64,000 nt of DNA. Source: Podospora anserina (lineage: Eukaryota). The notes under the pieces were generated by a model. It was not told the DNA's origin and did no database searches. It saw only the letters and a program-made list of their open reading frames with translations. Position 1 is the first letter of the stretch. Each line of letters begins with the position of its first letter. Where the stretch lies: the NCBI GenBank assembly GCA_017654855.1, contig CM030336.1, positions 1,860,001 through 1,924,000 of the forward strand, given 5' to 3'. Below, piece by piece: positions 24,635 through 35,702 of this stretch. The position numbers were made by a program, and so were the translations under genes.

Positions 24635-26854
24635 TTACACATCCCAAACAACCTCCAAAACCTCATCCACAGGCTTCTTATCCTTCCCCCTTGGTGCGCG
24701 GTAGATGTACAACTGTCTAAACTGCTTCTTTCTCTTCCCTTCCCCAGTCCAGTAGGCATCCACAAGCAACCACTGCTTTTTTTGTCCCTCTCCGAGCCTT
24801 GGTCGCAAGGGGCCGTAGGCTTCGTCGTAGTCGCCCGAGGAGGCGTACTGCCATGTTGCTTCGACTTTTTGGAGGTCGGGGAAGGAACCGGGAGGGAACT
24901 CGGTGTAGGAGTAGCCGTTTACCCAGAGACCCACGGTGGAGGAGGAGGAGGAGGAGGAGGAGGAGGTGGTGGTGGTGTTGCAGCCGGTTTTGAATCGTTG
25001 GAGGAAGCAATCGCCGCAGAGGGAGGTGATGGCAGACATTTGGGGGATTGGGGCGTGGAACCAGGTTTTATAGTGGTGGAGGCTTAGGAGGGGGGGGGAG
25101 GGGGGGTTGTCTCTAGGGCGGAGGAGGTCGGGTGTGGGGAGGTGTTTGGGATGGGGGTTGGAGGGGTTGGCTGCTCGGTCGAGGAAGCCGGTGAGGGGGA
25201 TCCATATGCGGGAGGAGAGGGAGGGGTGGTCCCATTTTCCAGTGCCTCTCCCACCAGCGGCACCACCGCCTCTTTCTTCCCGAGGGAGGTGTTGAACGTC
25301 GCTGGGAGGGATGGGAGGGTGGTCCCATTTTCCAGTCCCCCTCCCCCCGGCAGCACCACCGCCTCTGTCCTCCCTCTTCTCTCCCCCCCTCCACCTTTCG
25401 GTACCTCTGCCACCAGCAGCACCACCGCCTCTCTCCTCCCGGCGGTGTTGTTCGGGATCTCTTGGTGGAATCCCAGGGTTCTTCCATGGGTCAAGATACC
25501 TCCTCGTCCCCCGTCCCCCAGCAGCACCACCCCCCCTCTCTTCTCTCTTCACGCGTTTGTGATCTCTCGGTGGAATCCCAGGGTTATGCCACTGATCAAG
25601 ATACTTCCCCTCCCCTCCTCCCCGCCTCTCCCCCCCCCTCCTCCCCACCCGTCCCCCCTCAAAGAAACCAGAAACATCCCCCCTCAAATCCCCCTGCCAC
25701 AACCCCCTCACCTCCGTCAGCCTCACTTCCGTAAACCCATAAACACAATCCCTCAACAGCCCATCCCCCCCTCTGTCCCCCCCCCCATACTCAACCGCAC
25801 ACCTCTCAAAGTAGGGAACCAGCTGCCTAGCCAGCGGCACAGAAACAAACAACCCCGCCCCCCCAAACGCCATCTCCCCGTACTGTCTATTCGCCGATTT
25901 GCTTTCTGACCTGGCACCGAGATACAACGGCACTGACGGGTCATATCTTCCCAACGCAACCGACAGGCGGTGCAGAGACGGAAAAAAAGTGTCGTCGTCG
26001 ATGAGGGAGAGAAACGTGGTTTGGGGGGTGGAAAAGGATAACAACGTCGACAAGAGGAGGAAGTGCAGTTGGGGGGTGCTGTAATTCTTGGTGTGGGCGG
26101 GGGGTGGAGGGGGGAGGGCGGAGACTAAGATGGAGCGGGAGTGGTACAGTTTTAATAGGGAAGATGAAGAGGCAGAGGGCGAAGGGAGGGAGTGGTAATC
26201 TGTTATTGTGAGGATGAGTCTTGATTTGGAGTGGGACAACCAGTGGGCGAATGCTGAGAGGGTGGACTCGGAGGAGAGACGCTCGTAGGTGGAGGCTACG
26301 CCGAAGATGAGCTCCGGGTGGGGGGTTTTGGGGTAGGGGTTTGAAACGGGGAGGGAGATGGGGGTGCACGGTGGGAGGGAGAGGTTTTCGTCGCTGAGGG
26401 TGAGGCCGATGGTTGATTTGTCTGAGGTGAAAGGCGTGGTGATGTTAGAGACAAGATTTCGATCGACGGTCTTGTCGTAAACGGGTTTGATGCATTGCTG
26501 GGTGTAGAGGATTGTGTCTGTGAGGCCAAACTTTTCCTGTCGAAGGTATTCCAGCTCCGGAGGTCGAGCGAGGTTCCGACTTGACTTGCCTTCTACCGGG
26601 AGCTCTGGCGGTTTTGGTTCTTCTGCGGCATTGTCCGCTTGCGGGGTGAAGGGTGAGACTTTGTCTGGGTGCTGTCGGTCGAGATGGAACCATTCCCCCG
26701 CTAGGTTCTCAACCATGGACTGAGCGGCTGTGATGGAGACGGTTGGCGGGATTCCATTGTGAACTCGGAGGGCGGTAAACAGCAGGAGACTCAGGATAAC
26801 CGACAGCAATACCAGGGTAGCTCGTGAGAAACACCGTGGGGTCACCATCATCAT
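24635..26854 (-). CDS. GT31/Fringe-like (DUF604-type) glycosyltransferase, type II membrane protein, with a large repeat insertion
   Basis: N-terminal TM segment (TLVLLSVILSLLLF); LIFGVASTYERL, IDDDTFF (DxD), MAFGGAGLFVSVPLA, GGDGLLRDC, GDVSGFFE and LSLHHYKTW. Start chosen at MMMVTP (26854). Confidence 0.85.
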   Translation of the reverse strand: MMMVTPRCFSRATLVLLSVILSLLLFTALRVHNGIPPTVSITAAQSMVENLAGEWFHLDRQHPDKVSPFTPQADNAAEEPKPPELPVEGKSSRNLARPPELEYLRQEKFGLTDTILYTQQCIKPVYDKTVDRNLVSNITTPFTSDKSTIGLTLSDENLSLPPCTPISLPVSNPYPKTPHPELIFGVASTYERLSSESTLSAFAHWLSHSKSRLILTITDYHSLPSPSASSSSLLKLYHSRSILVSALPPPPPAHTKNYSTPQLHFLLLSTLLSFSTPQTTFLSLIDDDTFFPSLHRLSVALGRYDPSVPLYLGARSESKSANRQYGEMAFGGAGLFVSVPLARQLVPYFERCAVEYGGGDRGGDGLLRDCVYGFTEVRLTEVRGLWQGDLRGDVSGFFEGGRVGRRGGERRGGGEGKYLDQWHNPGIPPRDHKRVKREERGGGAAGGRGTRRYLDPWKNPGIPPRDPEQHRREERGGGAAGGRGTERWRGGEKREDRGGGAAGGRGTGKWDHPPIPPSDVQHLPREERGGGAAGGRGTGKWDHPSLSSRIWIPLTGFLDRAANPSNPHPKHLPTPDLLRPRDNPPSPPLLSLHHYKTWFHAPIPQMSAITSLCGDCFLQRFKTGCNTTTTSSSSSSSSSTVGLWVNGYSYTEFPPGSFPDLQKVEATWQYASSGDYDEAYGPLRPRLGEGQKKQWLLVDAYWTGEGKRKKQFRQLYIYRAPRGKDKKPVDEVLEVVWDV

Positions 26855-27982
26855 GTGAGGGGCATGTCGAGCGGCGAGCGGTGCTTGATCTGAGACTTGC
26901 CGTGTCTTGACCAGAAATAAAACTCTGGAAAGAAACTGACGGTAAATGACACTCACAGGCCTGTGTCTGAGAGAGAGTTGAGGGCTGCCCTTGACAGGAT
27001 CTGCGGGCAAGGGTTGCCGGCAACGGGACAAGGCAAAATGGTGATCTCCCTCATGCAAGATTCCTCCCGTCAGTGACGCCGGAACCACTTGGCACCTCAT
27101 CAAGAATCTACAAAGCAACACTGTGACAAAACTGAACCCGATTGCTCAGTCTTGATCACAACTCTCGGCATGTTCAGAACCAAGCATATCCAGCCAACAG
27201 AGCAGGGTTTCCTCGAAACCGATCATTGTGACCGGATTCGTGACGAGCCAGACACACCAGATGTAGTACTGTAACCCGATATCAGCCCGAGAGTCATGGT
27301 TCAGACTGCCCTGCGCTGGGAAAACGTCAACTTCGGATGCCTTGATCCCACAGATGCTGTCAAAACTTTTGAGAAACCTGCCACGGCCGGCAACTCGAAA
27401 CGATCTGTGTGTGCCGTGTCGTCGGAGCTCACATACCGGCCAAGGCGGCATATATATTACCTCGTCCTTGGGAGTTGCCAGTGGAAAGGCCACCGCCAAG
27501 TGTCCCAAGGCCTTGTCAATCCGGAATGTCCAGGCTCTTCTACTCATAGCCAGCGAGAACCCCAATGCACGCTGGTCCGTGATTGACAGGTGAACATACA
27601 GGAGTCTTGGAACAGCAGGCGTGCCACAGCTGCATTCCCAAGCCAGACGTCGCCACAAGTACTTGGTGTCACCAGCATCATCGGATGAAGTTGGTGATAC
27701 CTCCTGTAAAGACACATCCGACCTGAAAGGATTAGCCGCCAATGCTTGGCCGCTGTAATACCAGCCGCAGAGGCGCGCAGGCGTCCAATCCAAAGACGTT
27801 GCGTCAATGCGACAATATACCGGCAGATTAACCGATCGTATGTCTCCGACACCCGGATCTTGGAAAATGGGGGGGAGCGGCTGGTTCTCGGTGAGCCGCC
27901 GTGGAGCCTGGGAGGTTTATCCTTGCCCGTTTCTGTTCGGAGCCGGAGAGGGTCATTAAGCGTAGTCTTAGTAGGCAAAATC

Positions 27983-30154
27983 TCAAAAGTAGCTGGCCAA
28001 GTCGATATGCCCATCCCCATCAAGAAGCGGGAACAGGTTCAGGGCCCCAAAGGTTTGGTCGGCATTTTCTTCAAAGCCGCTAAAGACAGAAAACTCAGGT
28101 GTTCCTGTCATCCCAAAAAACGTAGACTCAAAGTCGAAGCCAAAGCGTTGCATCACCGCATCGTCTTGGGATGGATGGGGCTTGTCTGGCTTGCTGCTGC
28201 TTTCTCCCGGTCCTGCAGCTGGGTTTGTTTTGGATTGTGGCCCGTCAAGACCGCCATCGCTTCCCCGAGGAGTTCGCGGTATGAGTCCAAACAGCTGTGA
28301 CGAGCTCTCTGTCCTGCGTGCCCGCTCCTGTATCTCCTTCTTTTCCAGGTATTCTAGTGCTGTGCTGAGTAATGACTTGGCAATGAGCGAGTATTGAACC
28401 GCGTGGGTGTCGGTTTGCGCAAAGTATTCGAGAGCGGTAATGGCAGCGCGGCAGTACTTCTCGATGATGCGACCAAACCCGCCAATGAGACCGACACCGA
28501 GGACGAGCGAGGAGGCAAACAGCCATGACCTAAGACAAAAGTCAGCTTTGGCAAAAAAGAGAAGAAAAGAACCGACTTACACGATAACAGGTGCCCGTCT
28601 TGTCATCAGACCTCTATCGATCAGGTCCTGAATGGGTTCAACCATCAGTATTGCTGCGTCGATGCAGGCATCCGCAAGCTTCGACTTTCCCGAAGTCGTG
28701 GTCGGTGACGAACATCCATCGGAAAGCCTTCGATGTAGCTCCACCATCAAGAATGGCCTCGAGACCAACATCACTGCGTAATAATACGAGGCCAGCACCT
28801 GGCAGGCACCATTCACCACTCCAGCATCGACGTCCCCTTCCTCATTATCCTCCACCACCTCCTTCAACCTCTCCAACCATTGCCCTGACCACCCTCTCAG
28901 CTCTCTCGATATCCCCTCGGTCAACCTCGGCGAGATTTTCCTCCTCGAATATACCTCCACCACGACACTCTCGATCACCAGGAATATCTGTACCGACGCG
29001 TTCAACAGATCAAACTTCTCCCTCCCGGTTTCGTCCGGCTGTCTGTACGGCACCGTACAGTCCACATCCGATGTCGCTGGCGGTCTCCCCATCGACGTCG
29101 ACAAGAACAAGTCCACCACCCTCAGGCTCTTCCACAACCTGTCCCTCTGCCTGTGAATGTCGGGCCCGAACCTCGCATTGACCGCGGTCCTATGCACCCC
29201 TATCGACAGCGCTGCCCGTGCCGCCAGCCCAAAAAACAAAAACGCGGCATTAATCTGACACGCCCCCAGCGAGTACAGCGTGATAAGTATAAAAACCTGC
29301 ACGCTCGCCACTCCCAAATTCCCCCCTAAACTCGCAAGCGCCACGTTCCTCGCGTAGTCAAAATACTGCTGCCCCGTACCTTCACCCCCCTTCTCAATCT
29401 TCTGACACCCAATCGCCAACACCAAATAATTCACCGCCCCAGCCAGAGCATCATCCCCATGATCCTCCGCAGCCCACTCGATAATATCCCTCTCCAGCCT
29501 CGCATCATCCTCAAACAAATCAATCAACCCCCTCGTAACCTCCAAATACGCCCCCACCGCAGCAGGCCCGATCTCAATCCTCACCCGCGGCGGCAACGCC
29601 CCGTAACCAGACGACACCGACGGTCTGGAAGATGCATTCTCCAGCGCCGAGTACCCCCCCGTCTCGGGCGCAAAAGCATGCGCATCCACCCGTGTGGTCA
29701 CCAGCCTCCTCACCGTCTGGAAAAACGACAGCGGCGCGCAGTCCCCGATAAAGACCAGCTTCCCCTGCGCGTCACACAGCAGCCTCGCCTCCCTCGGCAC
29801 CTCGGTGTCCTCGTGCTCTTCCAACGGATGTTGCTCCTCAATCCGGTGGTGGTGCTGCTGCTGCGCCGGCGCACCGATCCGCACAACCGGATGATTTGAA
29901 GCCGCCCCCGGCGACCCAGAAGCATGCGAAACAGAACTCCTCACATCATCCTCACGGTGGCCGGCGGTGGTGGTGGTGGTTGACGGCCTCGGACGCCTCA
30001 CACGCGGGGCGGTGTACCGGCAACTGTCGGGGTCCCGGCGGCGGACGCAGTACCCGCACGGCAACACGCCGCTGCACCGGATCTTGCGCTGCTTGCACGT
30101 GTCGCACGCGTTGGCGACGCGGGACCGGACGAGGCCGCCGGCTCTGGTTTCCAT
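27983..30154 (-). CDS. Zn(II)2Cys6 transcription factor with fungal-specific TF domain, 2 exons (intron 28530-28580)
   Basis: ACDTCKQRKIRCSGVLPCGYC cluster; RLWKSLRVVDLFLSTSMGRP. The second exon reads SWLFASSLVLG...GHIDLASYF*, with the stop at 27983. Confidence 0.92.
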
Positions 30155-30671
30155 CGGTTTTTTTTTTTTTTTTCTTTTTTTTTTTTTTCTCTTGATTCAA
30201 AACGGTCGTTGTTATCGTGGGAAAATGAAGGAACGCTGCGGGGGGTGCAAAAAGATTAGATAGCGCGCGTGGGACAGGGCAGCCTATCAAAGCTGCATGT
30301 GGTGCACTAATCGGGAAGGAGGAGCTTGGCTTTCAATTCAAAGACGTCATAACGGTAAGATGGCGCACACTTAGGTCAGGGTTAGGGTATGATATATCAT
30401 CACCAGTCTCAGAATGCCCAGCAGAAGTTGGAGCAATGTTCAAGATTGACTACCTCTTCCCTAAAAGAGATCTCTTACATACAAATACATGTACAACCAG
30501 AATCGACTGAACGCAGCGCACACCTCCCAATTCCAATCTCATACAACAAACCAACACATTATCCACCCCACCACCTCCATAAAAGCCACCAGACATCCTA
30601 TAATCCAGTCCATATCAACTCCCAGCCAAAACTCCAATCCCTCCTCCTCAAATAACCCATAAATCAACCCC

Positions 30672-32045
30672 TCACAACCCCCCCAAAAATCTCCCCGCAT
30701 ACTCCACGGCCAACAGCCCCTTCTCCACCACCTCCTCCCTCTCCGTCGCCCTCCCCATCCCCTCTAGATACGTCCTCAAACAACTCTCCAGCGCCTTCTT
30801 CCCTTCCTTATTCTTATCCTTCCTCCCAACCGCCAACGGACTCTCCGCCTCCAGCCCCAAATGCCTCATCACCGCCTCCTGCTCCCTCCTCACAGCCCCC
30901 AGCTCCCCCACAATGCTCTTCATCCCGTTGAACAAAATCTCATGCCTGACCGCCGCCCGCATCTCGTCCCTTTCCAGCTGTTCATAAAGCCTCACCATCC
31001 CGTCATAGGCCCCGCGGAGGTCCTCTTGGACGTCACCAATCTTGTTTTGCATGTCCTGACCGGCACTCTCAGAAGCAAGAGCAGAGATTTTGGTGTCGAG
31101 AGAGTGCAAAAGCGACTTGATAGCCGCGACGTCGTCGTTTTCGGCAGTGTTGCTGGGTGTGGTAGACGACAAGGTACCAGGCGACTCCTTCCGATCCAAA
31201 TAATCCTCAGCAGCAGCCATCACCCCACTCCCGTCAGTCCCAATCTCCTCTCCAACACGGTACTCAAACTCCGGCCGGGCAAACACCTCCTCAATAAACT
31301 CCTTGACCTCCTCATCTCCCTTCTCATCAGCCACATCATCCTCGTGAATGCCAAAGTCCACGCCGGGGGTGCCATCCAGCTCCATCTGGCTACAATCTTG
31401 CGCTTCGTCCATCTCAGAGGGCAAAGAATCACGGCGGCAAGGGTCCTCCTCACCCACAGCCGCCGACGGCTTGGGCAGATCAGGAAACATCTCCCCCATC
31501 CTGTCCATCCCGGCATCCCCATCCCCCACCACAACCAGCGACTTTCTCTTCTTCTTCTTCTTCTTGCTCTTCTTCCCACTCCCACCAGGACTCCTCTTCT
31601 TCTTCCCGCTCTTTTCCCCCTCGAGCCCCTCCTCCTCCTCCTCCTCCTCCTTGACATCCACCCCATCAGCCCCCGCATCACCACCCCCGCCCACCTCCCC
31701 ATTCTCACCCCGTCTCCCCCCCCCAACCCTCCCAATCCTAACCTCAAACGGCGTCCCCTCCAACCGCCCCAACTCCCCAATCTTTCTCTTCACCCCCCCA
31801 ACCCCAGGAGTAAACATCTCATCCTCATCACTAAACCTAACCCTCTTTACTCCCCTCCCCTGAGCAGTGGTCGGAGTCCCCATCATGGTCATGACACTCC
31901 CCTGACTCAGTCTCCCCAATCTTTTAGCCCTCTTCGCAGCCGGCGACTGGGAGAGATCCAGTTCCGAGTCGTCGTTTGCCTTTAGTGGAGTTGAGGGAAG
32001 GGAGGAGTCTGTTCCTGGGGAGGTGAAGGAGCGTTTACGGTCCAT
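30672..32045 (-). CDS. Hypothetical protein (low-complexity N-half, Lys-rich NLS-like tract, C-terminal coiled coil)
   Basis: Long ORF with gene-like codon usage; first plausible ATG is MDRKRSF at 32045. No family recognised. Confidence 0.7.
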   Translation of the reverse strand: MDRKRSFTSPGTDSSLPSTPLKANDDSELDLSQSPAAKRAKRLGRLSQGSVMTMMGTPTTAQGRGVKRVRFSDEDEMFTPGVGGVKRKIGELGRLEGTPFEVRIGRVGGGRRGENGEVGGGGDAGADGVDVKEEEEEEEGLEGEKSGKKKRSPGGSGKKSKKKKKKRKSLVVVGDGDAGMDRMGEMFPDLPKPSAAVGEEDPCRRDSLPSEMDEAQDCSQMELDGTPGVDFGIHEDDVADEKGDEEVKEFIEEVFARPEFEYRVGEEIGTDGSGVMAAAEDYLDRKESPGTLSSTTPSNTAENDDVAAIKSLLHSLDTKISALASESAGQDMQNKIGDVQEDLRGAYDGMVRLYEQLERDEMRAAVRHEILFNGMKSIVGELGAVRREQEAVMRHLGLEAESPLAVGRKDKNKEGKKALESCLRTYLEGMGRATEREEVVEKGLLAVEYAGRFLGGL

Positions 32046-33163
32046 GGTCTTTGTTATCTGGTGAGGGGGGGGTAAAATTGTTCGGGTGGGGGGGGGAGGG
32101 AGGGGGTGACAACCAGTATGAGGAGTGACAGGGTCGAGAGGTGGTTGGTGGTATGCGCGCGAGTGAGTGGATGAAGAGGTGTGGTCGCGGTGAGCAGTGA
32201 TGGAAAGATGTGAGTTGACTGGCGGAAGGGTTGCAAGTCGCAAGTAAAAGTGTAAAGTAAAGATGAAAGTCGCAAGTCGCAAGTTGAAGAGGGAAGAGTT
32301 GTGAGTCAGAGGTGAAGACGTGAACATCAGTAAACAACCTCACTGCTGGACGACAGGCTACTTTCGTGAGTGAGAGAGAACCCTGCCGGGTAGGCACCTG
32401 TAACAAAGCAGCTCACGGCTGTGGTCGGGCTGGTGACTGTTTGTTTTGGAAGGTAATAGTCACGGTAGGCGGTTCAGGATGGAAGAAAGGGTCTGCGAGA
32501 ATGCCGTCTGACCCGTGAGATGAAGAAAGTTGGAGAATTATTTAAACCAAGAGAAGGCTAGAAAACCTGGCGACGGGCTCTTTCCTCTTTGCAAGCGGGT
32601 AAACAGGTCCACGGAAAGTAAAATCTCGGCGGAAGGTGAAAGGCACGGCGGCAGCTGTGATCAAGTTTGTCAACAACAATGAGATAAACAGTGGGCGTTG
32701 TTAGACCCTGACGGCGAGATGTTTGCCTGGCAACAAGACTCACGATGTATGCTGCATACTTTGGATGCGGTGAACCGTATTCCAGACAAACGCTAGTAGT
32801 TCAACTCCGAGAGGCAACAAGTTCCATATCAAGGGGCAACAGCGCACTTGTATCAACTCTCACACAAGGGGCTCTCCCATCATTTAGCATCAATGTTAAC
32901 GAATGGTATGTATACAAACATTTTGACTTACCGCCTAACCATCCCAGGGGCCCATGATGCTACCTATATGATCAAATGTACGCGCTATATGCCAGACGAC
33001 CAAGTACTTTGCAACCAATCACAAAAAAAAACCAAAAAAAGAAACAAAAAAAAAACCAAAAAAAAAAACTGAAAAACAACCGAAAAAAAAACACCAAATG
33101 CCCTACCCAAAAAAAAATCCCCACGATCAAACATAAACCCCCAAAGAAAAAGACCCAAAAAGA

Positions 33164-34706
33164 TCAAGAAACCTCAAACAACCCCCCACTCATCCACACC
33201 AAACTCCCCACAAACGATCCCACCACCACAATCGTCACTATCGCCGCCCCCGCCTTATCCCCCGCCGTGATCTGCCTCATGGGATCCAGCTCAAAAGCGC
33301 TAGACCCAGCATTCGGGTCACCCACCGACGTACCACCCGTCGAGTTCGTCAACGGACCATCACTATTATCCAACAGCAGCGTAGACAGCGCCGCCAAAGC
33401 GCTCATCTGCTGACCCGCCGGTCCATTGGACACATCGCCATCGTACTCCCCCCTATCCCAGCGAAAGCCGCAGGTTCCGTCCGCCAGACATGATTCCACC
33501 GCGCCCTTTGTTGATGACCTGAGGACCTCGAGGATCGAATCCCGGGTGAAAGGGGCCACGATGGCGGTCGAGGCCAGAGCGCGGTGCATGTACCCCTTGA
33601 AAGAGTGCTGATCGACATTGCACTGGACTCGGTCCTTGAGCTCGCAGGGGCGTTCGACCATGATGCCTTCGGGGAAGAAGTGGTCGACGGTTCGGTTGAG
33701 GAGACCGGCGACGCGGGTCTTCCACTGGGCCTGCCTGTCGCCGGTAGTCTGGGGGTCGACGGTCAGTTTTCTGTGGGAGCAAGAGGGGAATATTCAAGAC
33801 ATACATAGTTGTACATGATGGCGGCGCCGTGGAGCAAGACAGCAGCATTGGGCGACCATTGCACCTTGTTGAGGTTGGTGCAGTTTTGCGGAGTGTTGGC
33901 ACCATCGTACACATCGTAATCCTCCGTGATGTACCCAACGCCCTCGGTCCAATCCCATGTCCGCTCGGCCCACTCGGCATATGTTTCATTGTTTGTGTAC
34001 CGCGCGAGACGAGCGGCGATGTTGAGGAAGACAACGTTGGCAATAGTATTCTTGTAATCGTAGCCGTTGTTGGTATGGGGAACCTGCCAGCGGAGACCAC
34101 CGGCGCAGTCCTGGTTCTCCCACCTGGCGGCTTGGGTGTTGAAGGTGGCTTGGGCGAGCGCGAGATACTGCGGGTCAGTGGGCGCCGGGTTGGGGAAGTT
34201 GACCTCGGCGGCCAGCATAGCCGTCATGCCCCAGAAACCTTGATCATCGTTGCCGAGAGAGGCGGTCCAGTTGGGGTGCATAAAGGCAAAGGTAGGAGCG
34301 CCAGCTTGGTGGACGATGGATCGGACGGTCTCGTTGTTGTATGTGCTATCGCCTGTGTAGTGCCAGTAGTCGATCAAGGTGCCGAACATTGCGCCGGCCT
34401 GCCACCAGTAATAGTCGCCGGCCGGTGGCGGGCCTGGCAGAATGCCCGGTGTCTGGCCTGGCTCGTCACCGCGGTAGTACTCCCAGAGGTTGGCAGCAAC
34501 GACTTTGGCGGCTCTCTTGATGGAATCTGACCCGTCTCTTTCGTTAGCACACGGTCCGTACCGTCTGTTTCTGCTGCTGTGCTAGCTCCCGGGAACCCAC
34601 CTTGAGAATCAAGATTGACCTGCAGCTTGTTTCCGGACTGCGCACTGGCACCCGTCACTGCGCACAGCAGCAGCGCTGCCGCAGCAGAAGCGTTCGTCCA
34701 TCTCAT
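33164..34706 (-). CDS. GH76 alpha-1,6-mannanase/transglycosylase (Dfg5/Dcw1-like), signal peptide and GPI-type C-terminus; introns ~34527-34600 and 33749-33804
   Basis: YYWWQAGAMFGTLIDYWHYTGD, LGNDDQGFWG, CAGGLRWQ, YKNTIAN, DQHSFKGY and ITAGDKAGAAIVT followed by a hydrophobic tail. Confidence 0.93.
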
Positions 34707-35702
34707 GTTTGCGGTTTGTCGGCGCGCATCGGGTGTCTGCTGTAGCTGTGGCCTGTCGGTGCTGCTTGGGAAAGTCGACGTCGCTGGGAAAAGGAGCTAG
34801 GGAAATAAGGCTGGGATCCTCAAGCCGAATTCGGTTTCGAGTAGTAGGGAGAAGACGGAGATTTCGGGGATGAGGGCGAGGGGAAGGCTGCTGCACGTGG
34901 GCAGAAGGGCAGGGCAGGGCAGCGGCCGTCAGCAGTTCGACATCACCACCTCAAAAGAGTTGGCTGTATATTCCCGTCGGAAACAACCGGTCAATCGTCG
35001 TCGTCGTCGTCGTCAGCATGCAACTCCCGTTCGGGGTGAGAATGGAACAGTGGTTGACCTGACGTAAGGGCCCGAGGCCAGGGCGCCGAAATGCCCAATT
35101 TGGAGACATTTCCTTTGTTCTGGGAGTCTTTCCGGGTCTCATTGTTCCTGAGCAGGGATTGTTCAAATGGCTGCTGGGGCGGTGCATTGCAGTGCCCGTG
35201 TGCTGTGGGGGGCGTTCGAGACGGCGACGGCTGCTGTTGGCTGCTGTTGACTGCTGTTGGCCCGTCGCATCGACTCGTCAGCCCAGAAGTCCCAAACGGG
35301 ATCTAGCGCGTTCTAGTTCGTATAGGTTCGTTCTGCCAAGGAGGACCCTCTTTTGCGGGGTACGTCCCGTCATCCGTTTCATGCTTGGCACTTTGAGACA
35401 TGTCTTGGGCTCCCTGAATGGATCGTGTCAAATCAGGTATGGGGTGCCAAAAGGTGTCAATTCTGTTGTTGTACGAGGGTGAGTTGCCCGGGTGGTTGGA
35501 AAAGGCCGAACCCAGTGGCCCAGGTCCCACTGCCAAGATGTTAATTCCTTAACAGTGGGCCCGGTTGACTATTTTGACAGATCGTTCTTACATTATCTTC
35601 GAGACAGTAACTGTACTACATACAATAGCGACAAATAGCAGCATGATATCTCAACGAAGGATTAGCCTTCAAACTCCACGATGCCATCCCTTTCCTCAGC
35701 AA

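Noticed and set aside
25200-25620. Repeat-spacer pattern superficially like a CRISPR array or an intron
   Set aside because: Eukaryotic context; the repeats vary at codon third positions, the frame stays open and there is no clear branch site.
27146-27793. 215-aa ORF between the GT31 and transcription factor genes
   Set aside because: No recognisable motif, and the Cys/Trp/Arg-rich composition is typical of spurious ORFs; a degenerate gene cannot be excluded.
32976-33170. Lys-rich ORF and A-rich tract
   Set aside because: Low-complexity sequence (U-rich on the coding strand) just downstream of the GH76 stop codon.
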